A stretch of 64,000 bases of DNA from Macrostomum lignano (Eukaryota): contig NIVC01003682.1 of the NCBI GenBank assembly GCA_002269645.1, positions 1 through 64,000 on the forward strand, written 5' to 3'. Below are positions 18,801-29,700 of the stretch, piece by piece. The position numbers and the translations under genes are program-made. The notes below the pieces were generated by a model, which searched no databases, was not told where the DNA came from, and saw nothing but the letters and a program-made list of their open reading frames with translations. How positions within the stretch are numbered: the first letter of the stretch is position 1; every line of letters begins with the position of its first letter.

Positions 18801-21800
18801 GGCTAAACTGTGTGTACGCATCCTCATCACCCCACAAGCCCCCTCTCCCGCCAGATTCACTCTTCCAAACCCTCCTGTATTGCTGTATGAAGGAAAATAT
18901 AGTGTAAAAATACAGATGTTAACCGTCAGACCGCTGAAATCAGGGCACACTAGAGGGGGTTTCGGGGTCTGCATGCTCTATGTAAGCTGCTTGAGGAGGT
19001 TCCAAGGGCGTTGTGAGGGTTTCCATTATGTTTTGAAAAAACTAGGGGCTTAAATACAACGTTTTATTCAAAAAGTAGGTTATTTTAATGAAATAGCTGA
19101 CACAATCATTGTCGAGAGTAGAAATTTTTATAAGAAACCAGGCATTTTAGCAAAAATAAACCTTCAAACCACATAAAATTGAATAAAAAGCAGACATTTT
19201 CAATTATAAACCGCAAGTATTTTAATAGAAAAGTAAGCAAACAAGGCACAAAAGCAGCAAATTTTACCTTTTTTATTTTAATGTTACTGTTAAGGTAGAG
19301 AGTAGAAACTTGTGAGCTGTACGGAGTTAGAAAGTATTAACCATTATGTATCGTATGAATTATTAGTTCAGTACCAGCTATTGGTCAAGCGAGCATTTAT
19401 GAAGTTATTACGAGTGATGAAGGGATAGAGAGCTATATACAGGAAGACAGTATCCTTCTAAACCACCACGAACAGATTGCTAATACAGATAAGCTTTGTC
19501 TGTGTGCAGTATGAGTAAGCGAAGGCGGGGCAAATACTTTTCCACATGCCGGACAGAACAGTATTGTGCTAGGATTTCTCTCGAAATCGCGGTACGTTAC
19601 TAGTTTTTATCACACCATCCAGATGCGTCATCTAGTCAGCAGTAGTCATTTATATGTTATTAGAACTTACAAACCCAGGTCAGGTAAATATTACAAAGAG
19701 TATATTACGTACACACGCCAACTCCGAATACCAAGCCATACTAGTCTACTTGCAGTGCTCCTGGAGGGAAGGGACGGTCAAGAGTTACACACCAAGAATG
19801 CATTCACACAAAGAGTACACCACTCGAGCCCCGTCCATGCGCCCCGATATGTATGACGCAGGCAGCCCTCCCGACATGTATGCCGCAGGCGACCCTCCCG
19901 ACATGTACCCAACATGTATGTCGCAGGCGACCCTACTGACATGTACCCCGACATGTACACCCTACCAAATGGCACTCGAGCCACAGGTGCCAAGCGGCCC
20001 CCCGAAATGTACGCCGCGGGCGCCCCCCCCTCCCGAGCCGAAGGTACACTCTTCCAATATGAGTGTACACTCTCCCAATACAAGTGTACACTCTCCCAAT
20101 ATGAGTGTACACTCTCCCGATATGATCTCCCGATTAGACATAATTGTACGCATAAATGTACGCAATTTCCGGTATATAGGACCACATGTACGCAAATGTA
20201 CACAATGTACACAAACAAACACACACACACACACAAACACAAACACACACACACACACACACACATACACACACACACACCCTCAGGCGTATTCACAGCA
20301 AGAGCTTCCTGCCGATGGCGCCATCGCCTGCGGCGATCGGCGCTGCAGGATGCGCTCTGCAGGATACGCCTGAGTGTGTGTGTGTGTGTATGTGTGTGTG
20401 TGTGTGTGTGTGTGTTTGTGTTTGTGTGTGTGTGTGTGTTTGTTTGTGTGCATTGTGTACATTTGCGTACATGTGGTCCTATGTGCCGGAAGTTGCGTAC
20501 ATTTGTGCGTACAATTATGTCTATGCGCTACATTGTGTGTAGTTCGTTGCCCTGCGTTTGTAAATACAGTTTAGTCCGTGCACTGCATTGATGCCTACTT
20601 TTGTGTTAGGTACCTGCTTTTTATTAAATACACTGCACCAAAAGCAACTTTAATCGGTACATACTGTGTTTTTGTAGAGGTGCCGGTATGCTTTTTAATA
20701 CATATGTCTTTAGTGTAATTTGGTGTGCTTCAACTTGGCTCGCGAATCTTGCACTATAGCTCTCTAGTGGAAAGTACTCTTACTTGTGCTGGCTGCAGGT
20801 GATAGTAAGGCTTTCTGCTTGACTTCTTTAGTTTACTTGATGGTTAAATGAGGAGTGGGAGCTGACGCGCCTACCTCGGGGGAGGAATGCAGCCCCACGG
20901 TCTGGTGCAGTGCAGCGCTTTCTGTTATCCCTCTCCGTCCGCACTGTACTTGGTCTCCGCTAGGATCACCCCTTGGGGTTAAGAGTGGGCGGGTCCTTTG
21001 TACTCGACCCTGGGTTAAAAACTCGCATTTGGAGGCTCTGGGGAGAGTTGCAGTGGAGTTCAACAAATTTCTGATAAGATCTCTTGCGGGGGCATGACAC
21101 TCGTCTCGAAATAATAAAAACCTGAACAAGTGCTGGATGCCCTTACTAGTTGGCGGGTTGTTACCTCTACAATTGTGTACTATTTCTGTCAATATTTTCC
21201 CCTGCATTATGTCAATATGTGCTACAGCGTGTCATAATATGATACTTTACGCACTAATATGTATCATAATTTTCCTGCATTATGCCTGCTTCTGTCTCTA
21301 CGATGTGTGTATTTTAGCCTATGCATCTACATAATTCGAATCTACAGTGTGTGCATATGCACCTGCATTATACTTGTATCTACTGTGCGTATGTGTATTT
21401 CAACCTATGTTTTACAATATACTAGCATCTACAAGCGCCTACTACACTAATGAGTAGGTTCTGTGTATTATACCTACTATTTTGTCTATTTCACCTACTT
21501 TTCTGCCAAAATATCGATAAAATGCACCTACATTGTGTGTTTTTGCTGTCCATATGCTTAATTCTATATGTCCGTACACCTATATGTTTCGTAATATGTA
21601 TTATGCCCTGATATTTACACCTACTGATGTGATTAATATGTGTTTTGCTTACTTTTTACGTAAATATACGCAATTTCACCTACTATAAGTAGTTTTCACT
21701 AGCCTAATTTTGTGTTAATAGGTATTGTTGACTACAAATCGATGTACACTCATATCGGGAGAGTGTACACTCATATTGGGAGAGTGTACACTTGTATTGG

Positions 21801-24800
21801 GAGAGTGTACACTCATATTGGAAGAGTGTACCTTCGGCTCGGGAGGGGGGGCGCCCGCGGCGTACATTTCGGGGGCCGCTTGGCACCTGTGGCTCGAGTG
21901 CCATTTGGTAGGGTGTACATGTCGGGGTACATGTCAGTAGGGTCGCCTGCGACATACATGTTGGGTACATGTCGGGAGGGTCGCCTGCGGCATACATGTC
22001 GGGAGGGCTGCCTGCGTCATACATATCGGGGCGCATGGACGGGGCTCGAGTGGTGTACTCTTTGTGTGAATGCATTCTTGGTGTGTAACTCTTGACCGTC
22101 CCTTCCCTCCAGGAGCACTGCAAGTAGACTAGTATGGCTTGGTATTCGGAGTTGGCGTGTGTACGTAATATACTCTTTGTAATATTTACCTGACCTGGGT
22201 TTGTAAGTTCTAATAACATATAAATGACTACTGCTGACTAGATGACGCATCTGGATGGTGTGATAAAAACTAGTAACGTACCGCGATTTCGAGAGAAATC
22301 CTAGCACAATACTGTTCTGTCCGGCATGTGGAAAAGTATTTGCCCCGCCTTCGCTTACTCATACTGCACACAGACAAAGCTTATCTGTATTAGCAATCTG
22401 TTCGTGGTGGTTTAGAAGGATACTGTCTTCCTGTATATAGCTCTCTATCCCTTCATCACTCGTAATAACTTCATAAATGCTCGCTTGACCAATAGCTGGT
22501 ACTGAACTAATAATTCATACGATACATAATGGTTAATACTTTCTAACTCCGTACAGCTCACAAGTTTCTACTCTCTACCTTAACAGTAACATTAAAATAA
22601 AAAAGGTAAAATTTGCTGCTTTTGTGCCTTGTTTGCTTACTTTTCTATTAAAATACTTGCGGTTTATAATTGAAAATGTCTGCTTTTTATTCAATTTTAT
22701 GTGGTTTGAAGGTTTATTTTTGCTAAAATGCCTGGTTTCTTATAAAAATTTCTACTCTCGACAATGATTGTGTCAGCTATTTCATTAAAATAACCTACTT
22801 TTTGAATAAAACGTTGTATTTAAGCCCCTAGTTTTTTCAAAACATAATGGAAACCCTCACAACGCCCTTGGAACCTCCTCAAGCAGCTTACATAGAGCAT
22901 GCAGACCCCGAAACCCCCTCTAGTGTGCCCTGATTTCAGCGGTCTGACGGTTAACATCTGTATTTTTACACTATATTTTCCTTCATACAGCAATACAGGA
23001 GGGTTTGGAAGAGTGAATCTGGCGGGAGAGGGGGCTTGTGGGGTGATGAGGATGCGTACACACAGTTTAGCCTGTTTTAGCCTACCTTTTGGACTAATAT
23101 ACTTACTATTATTACTACCATTATACCTACTATGTACATACTATTATACTACCCACTATTAAATATGCTGCACTAAAACCAACTTTTGATAATACATAGC
23201 GTGTTTTGGTCGATTCTCCCTCACGTCTCTGCGCCTACACATGTGCTCTGCTCGCTTTGTTCTCTGTTTGTGTACCTCTCTGTAACGTCTCTGTACGCTC
23301 AGACTGGTTTCTCCGTCCCCGCACGCACCTCTACTAAAGTTTGCTGTTACCTACCCCTACACACTGCTCTCTGTCTCCCTCCGCGCACACCTCTCTGGCC
23401 TTGCATGCAACTTGCATGTCTACTCCCCTGTCCTGCCCTCGCGTGGGTCCCTGTCTATACATGGCTACCGGACCCTACCTCTCTGTGCCTTGCTCGGAAC
23501 TCTGTCCCAGGCCCCCTTCACACTTCTCTGTCCCGGGCTGCAACTGGCTACACGCGCCTCTGTTCCCTGCCAGCGTGGCTGCCTACCCCTGCACACTGCT
23601 CTCTGTCCCTCCTATCCGCGCCTCTCTATCATCCTATTCCTGCAGCTGACCATGCCGTTCAGCTCTGTCCACGCACGGCTCCACCCCTGCCCGTGTCTCA
23701 CTGTACCGCCCTGTGTGGCTCCCTTACCCTGCGCGTTTGCTTCCTATCTCCCTCCTGCTCCATATGTTTCTGTTCCCTCACACTACGCACGCGTGGCCTG
23801 CTCTCTGTCCATACACATCTCTGCTCCTCCATTCTATCCTCGCGTGGCCCCTTGACTGTTCGCATGCCCCTGCATACCCTGCCTGCCTCTCTGTCCCCTG
23901 CAACTGGGGAGGGAGCTCTCTATCCTCTGTACGGCTCTCTCTGTGGGTGTGTGTGTGACTCACACTGTCTCTCTGTCCTAGCATGCGCCTCTCTATCCGG
24001 CTCCTGCAGCAGGCTGTGTTATTCACATCTCTTTCCACCCACCCTCTGCCCGTACACGCTCACTGTACAGGGCTGCGTCAGCATCGGGGTTAAAACTTCT
24101 CGCTCCCTATGCTTCAACAGTATAACAACCTAGTGGCTGGTTCTCTGTCCGCCCCACCCCTCTCTGCCCGTACACGCTCACTGTACAGGGCTGCATCAGC
24201 ATCAGGGTTAAAACTTCTCGCTCCCTATACCCCCAAACCGTGTAGTGGCCTAGTATGGGCGCGACCTGGGTTCGATTTCGCTAGTTGAGATGTGGGTGAG
24301 AGAGGGGAAGAGGCTAGGTGGGGGCAGGGCGTGAGGTATAGGGTGCCTGCGGGGTACGTATCGTTGACTACATATCGGGAGAGTGTACACCTGTATTGGG
24401 CGAGTGTACACCCATATCGGGAGAGTGGGAGAGTGTACATATCGGGAGAGTGTACTGGGGAGAGTGTACTGGGGAGAGTGTACCTTTGGCTCGGGAGAGT
24501 GTACACTCGGGGCGCCTGCGGCATGGGCGTCTGCGGCTCAGGAGGGTGCGCTTGGGATCTGATTGATTTGGGATCTGATTGATTTGGGATCTGATTGATT
24601 TGGGATCTGATTGATTTGGGATCTGATTGATTTGGGATCTGATTGATTTATTGGGATCTAATATCGGGAGGGTGCGCCTGCGGCGCTTGGCGCCACGCGC
24701 CTGCGGCGCGCGCGCGCCGAGCGCCGATATCGATACGCGTATCGATCACCTAGTGATCGGGGCGCCAGCCAATGAGAGGCGAGGAGGGTTGACACCCACC

Positions 24801-26247
24801 CCACCTCCAAAATCAACGGATCTGCCAGTCCATAGTAGTCCTATGGCTGATTATCTTCATCCTATGGCTGATTATCGTCATCCTATGGCTGATTATCTTC
24901 ATCCTTTCGCGGATTTTCTACACAGTAGGAATGCAAAGCCATTTCTCCGCCCGCAGAACTACCAAAGTAGGGGGCCCCCTAAAACTGCAAACTGCCATCA
25001 AGTCACCAGCTTTTCGGACCGCCTAGATAAATATTCAACAATTCTGCTAGAAGGGAAGTTTGGATTTTCACATAAGCGCCAGTGTATTCAATACAGCCTC
25101 TGTGCGTCAATCAGCACTGCACCTCAGTGCGGCCTTGCCAAGTCTCTAAATTTCATCAGCACTTCGACCATGTGTCTGCATCAGTTCTGACTTCGTTTCT
25201 CACCCGCCTTCAACCAGACAGAGCTTCTGGGCCTTCAATATGTTGACACCAGGTGACTATGGACACCTGTTTTGAATTTCTTGGATGTCGCAGATCAAAA
25301 TTCAATAATGAGCAAACCTCAAGGCTGATGATATAGCCATGCTAAAAAAAAATTAATAATGTCCACATTGACGTTGATGCTCTCTGATCCCATTTCAATC
25401 TTGATTTGCGAGATTCCATTACGACTAAGCCATGACTCGTACCTGCAATTCCAGCCTCAGCCCCGCCGAGAGCCAGCCAACTCAGCAACAGCAGGCTCTA
25501 GATCCAGCCAGCCTTGAGCGCGAGTTCGTACACTCAGTGTACGACTCCATCGCCGATCATTTCAGCGACACCCGGCACTCGCGCTGGCCCCGCGTGGCCG
25601 CTTTTCTAGCGGACCTGCCGCCAGGCTGTCTGCTTTTAGACATCGGCTGCGGCAACGGCAAGAACATGTTGGCTAGGCGGGATCTGCTAGCTATTGGCTG
25701 CGATCGCAGCGTGGCGCTGTGCACCGTGTGCGCTAGCCGCAGCCTGCCGGTATTCCAAGCCGACGCTTTGCAATTACCATTGCGCAATGCCGTATTCGAT
25801 GCGGCCGTGTGCATTGCCGTATTGCATCATTTGAGTACTAGGGAGCGCCGGTTAGCCGCTATTAAGGAGCTGGCCCGCGTCAGCAGGCCTAACGCGCCGA
25901 TTCTAATCTACGTGTGGGCTATGGAGCAGCGGCGCAATGGCAAAGCATCGGCCTACTTAAAGAAGCCAGAGGAGTCTGACGATGCCGGACAGAGAGGGGA
26001 ACAGTTGGTTCGCGATGCCCGCACGGGTCTGGGCGTTCATCGGCCCGGCTCCGAATTCAAATCTGCCGACATGCTGGTGCCTTGGCGCAGCCGATCAGAC
26101 GAACGATTGCGCTTCTATCACTTGTTTGTTGAAGGCGAATTAGACCAGCTGTGCACAGATAGCGGCCTGTTCCAACTGATCGAGGCCTACTACGACAATG
26201 GCAACTGGTGCGTCCGACTGTTGCGCAACGATGCGCCTGTCAGCTGA
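12884..26247 (+). CDS. ALKBH8: ALKBH8 tRNA wobble-uridine modifying enzyme (RRM + AlkB 2OG-Fe(II) dioxygenase + Cys cluster + Trm9-type SAM methyltransferase)
   Basis: Exons 12884-13321 (RRM-like: LLVANAGLHNG...SHCFLLF), a probable 13414-13596, 13670-14361 (PPGL...NVYEPGGGIAAHVDSH...RRVSLTFR...CRCGFGDVCD) and 25455-26247 (LEREFVHSVYDSIADHFSDTRHSRWP...LDIGCGNGK...NGNWCV). The phase-2 donor at 14362 matches the phase-2 acceptor ending 25454. The start codon was not located. Confidence 0.93.
14454..17098. repeat. 21-bp minisatellite/satellite (consensus cctatggctgattatcttcat), ~125 units; about three more units at 24840-24905
   Basis: Directly visible; source of the MADYLHP and KIISHRM ORFs. 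Confidence 0.98.
17099..24839. mobile_element. 7.74-kb non-autonomous foldback/palindromic element with ~3-kb inverted arms (17099-20124 and 21750-24839), ~1.6-kb spacer and a TSD
   Basis: Ends are ACTACTATGGAC...GTCCATAGTAGT. Flanks are cctatg (17093-17098) and cctatg (24840-24845). Mirror-image identical ORFs in the track (e.g. 17740-18687 minus and 23186-24133 plus) confirm near identity of the arms. No recognisable enzyme ORF. Confidence 0.9.
20135..20523. repeat. Nested ~390-bp imperfect hairpin (MITE-like) in the spacer of the large palindrome
   Basis: tagacataattgtacgc...(AC)n-ctcaggcgtat on the left mirrors atacgcctgag-(TG)n...gcgtacaattatgtcta on the right. Confidence 0.85.
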
Positions 26248-26759
26248 ATTGCAAGTACTTTTTTTCCGCATTTTCAATTGTCTTCATGCGTTTGTTAACA
26301 TGATTGATTGATCTAAATTTGTTTGAGTTTTGTGTGATGTCGGAGCATATTTTCACTGGTGCATAGATTCCTTTGGTTCATAGATTAATAATACGCAGTT
26401 ACAAATACGAAAATGTGTGTACAGAACAAAATGAAGTATAAAACAATCATTTGTTTTCGCTTACATGTTTTTAATTATTTAACTACAACGCTAGTTTTGG
26501 ATCGTAGCTTTAGCTTACATGAGAGATTATCTAATTTTAACTGAATGCAGCTTTAAAAATGTATGCGAAGTACACGCAAAGTTCAGCGCTACATGTACAT
26601 GTGCAATGAGCCTGTTCGAGCCGCAAAAAATCACGTTTTCATGAAGATCAGCGAATCTTATGAAGTACTTATGGTTTTCTCGGGGTGGTCTGGTAGGTCT
26701 TTGAATCCCACCGCTGCCACCAATGAAGTGGAATGGTGTTTCTTCCCGGTTTAGGCACA

Positions 26760-29700
26760 TAAGATTACCTTAAGACTCGAGCCTCTTCAGTGGGAAGTTC
26801 TCTCAACTCTCAGTAGCGTAGGTAGTGCTGCCACCAGTTCCTCCAGGTCTCGGCCTTGGATGAGGTGAGCTTCCCGTCGGAACGAAATAAACAAGTCAAC
26901 GAACTCAGCACAGCGTGCAGATTTGCAGATTAATGAACAAGGCGTCCTGATCAGCAGATCCCCGCCGGGCTCAGGGGTGGCTGGGAAGGCAGTGTTAGCC
27001 TCCCTTAGGCTTGGGCTTTAGTGGGGTCTCAGTCAGACCAGTACAAACGGATTCAGTACGCAAAGGGCACTTAGTTAGACACTGACGCGCACGGGATCTT
27101 AGTGAATTCTTCACAGATAAGAAGCCTTTCCTTGACGGAAACAAGGGAGAGGGGTCCTATTTATAACCGGGAAACACCCACGCACAAGACCTCGTGACCT
27201 CGTTCTATTTTTAGAACTGACGTCACTTGAGGGTCTCCCAGCAGAGTGCACATGGCTGTGACTCAGTTGCTATTTTTAGCAACATTAGTCACTCCTCTCC
27301 TTATATTAGAGAAGGGAGGGGGCCGAAAGCATGTGACTCTCCCGGTAAACAGGGCCAACAAGTGCAGTAAACATTTTTACTGCACTTTAGGACTCAAGGA
27401 ACAGAGGATCTGTCATGTGACTCGCTCACATGACAGGGGAAACAAAGACCGAGCGAAACAGAGACAGCCCACAGCAGAGAAGCTGAGGGCTGAGAAACAA
27501 GGGGCAAAACGGGGGGGGGGGGGGCAAACGGCAACCTAAACCGAGGGACTCTGTGACATCTGCCAGCTTTTCGTCTTTCGAGGAGGCTTTTCCCCCTCCT
27601 TTTTCGCTCTGGCCTGGCGTGGAAGCGGCTAGCTTCCTCGTTTTGGTCTGCTGGTGGAGGACGGATCCCCCCTGCTGCTTTTCTGCAGGGCAGGTGGCTG
27701 CTAAGTAGTTGGCCGCTGGCTAAGCGCCAACTACCCATCGACAGCCCATGGTTGCAACTGGTACCACACGGGTTCTCGAGGGCCGCTCCTGTGGGGGAGG
27801 GCTCGGGCGTCGGCTGTCAACCCGACCTGGCGCCTGTGTCCCAAGCCCGCAGCCGGCCTCCCGCCCCCTGATCTTGCAGAGTGTGGACCGGGGGCCTGCC
27901 GGAGCCTCGCCTGGGAGCAATCCTGGGGAAAGATGGCAACCCAAAGCCTTCCTGCTGTTCGCCGTGGCAGGGGGTAGCTCCTCGGAGCTGGCTGGGGGTA
28001 TACCCAGTCCCCGAGCGGTCGGTCTGCCTTTTTCTAATTTGTGTTTCTTCTCCGTTTCAGCTTCTATGGATTCTGAACAAAAATCTCTTCTGGCTCGGGA
28101 GCCGGCAACTCCCGCGGCCGGGGGTCCGAAAATCCCCCAACCCTCCAGCTCGGAGGTACTTCTCTCCGCGAACCCCGCGGTTACTACCCTAAGTGGGGCT
28201 AATTCGACTCCCACTGGTGGAGATTCTGGTGGTGACACAACCACGTACCGCGACAGCGAGGCTAACGCGGCTCCCAGCACTGTCCGCAAGAGGCAGCAGC
28301 CTGAGGACCGCACACTTACCCCCAGGACCCGAAGCGCTCTAAGGGCAGGGGGACAGCCGGCTCCTATGCCAAGGTGGCTGCTGAGCCCCTCCATAAAACC
28401 TGCGTCCGTGCGGCCAGCGGGACGCTGAGTGACGCCCAGATGGAAGGTGCTGTAGCCCTCGTTGACGACTTCCTCTGGGATAACGACCATCTCGGTGTTG
28501 AGGTCGAGTCAGTCAGATTCGCCAACGGCAATCTCATCCTCGCTTTCAAAAGTGAGGTCCATCTGAGCACTGCCTTAGCCAACCTGCCCAGCATCGACTG
28601 GAGTACCTCCACGGCACAGCTCCCGGAGCTGGTCGTTGAGAAGGCCCGTCCTCCGCCTCCATGTAAGAGGTATAGGGCCTTCTATTCCGGGCACAGGACG
28701 ATCGAGGAGATCCGTGGTCGTCTTGTCGCCAAGCACCCCGAGTTGCCTGCGGACGGCCTCCGGGCCTACAAGGAGGTGCCGGCCAAGGACGGCAACGGGA
28801 AGACCCTCTACATGGGCCTCTCCGCAGATTGGGAGCGCCACATGCAAGGCAAAGACCACGCCGCCTACGTTGGGGCATGGAAGTTAGTCTTCCACCTCAT
28901 CCCTAGGAAGAAGCGCAACGCCGGCGGTGAGCAGCGCCGAGACGATCCCGAGAGCCCGGATAGCTCTGAGGGCGAGACTTAAGCTGTTCTCGACCCGCCA
29001 TGCCCAGATCTTCAATGATGAGGCGTGACCGTCTGAGGACCAACCCGGCGGGTGGGTCCAATGATGATTTAACCACACTCACGCAAAACAGTGATCCTAA
29101 CCTGCACATCGTGCAGATTAATCTGCACCACGCGGTCGCAGCCTCCAGCAGCCTCACCGACACCCTCGATGGCACCGGTGTTGACATCTACCTCATCCAG
29201 GAGCCTTACACCGTGAGAGGTAAGCCCACCCTGCTGCCGAAAGGCTACCAGATCCTCTTCCTCTCTGGAGGGGAAACCCCTAGGGCCATTGCTCTGGTCA
29301 AGTACGAGCTCGCAGCCATGCTCATGCCGATGTTTTGCAATAAAGACATCTGTACCTTCACCGTGAACGGGATGATTTTCTCATCCGTCACCCCTCCTGC
29401 AGGATCTCGCAAACTATTGTATCATCGAGAACCGGAACCTCATTATTGGTTGCGACGCTAATGCTCACAACACTGCGTGGGCTAGCAGTAACACTAACCT
29501 CAGAGGTAGTATGCTTATTGATTTCATTGATTCGAATTTGCATATTTGCAACTTGGGGCGTAAACCCACCTTTGCGAATGCTAGCAGGAAAGAGGTCATT
29601 GATCTCACCCTTGCGTCCAGTAGCATCCTTAATCGGATTCAAAATTGGAGGGTCAGAGACGACATCCCCTCGCTCTCGGACCATTTCTACATCCATTTCA

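Noticed and set aside
17740-24133. Paired 315-aa and other ORFs in the palindrome arms as element-encoded proteins
   Set aside because: Low-complexity translations of GA/CT-rich DNA, with no integrase, polymerase or transposase motifs recognised.
28374-28428. Programmed -1 frameshift in LINE ORF1
   Set aside because: No canonical X XXY YYZ slippery heptamer was seen, and the same copy has other disabling lesions, so a simple indel is more likely.
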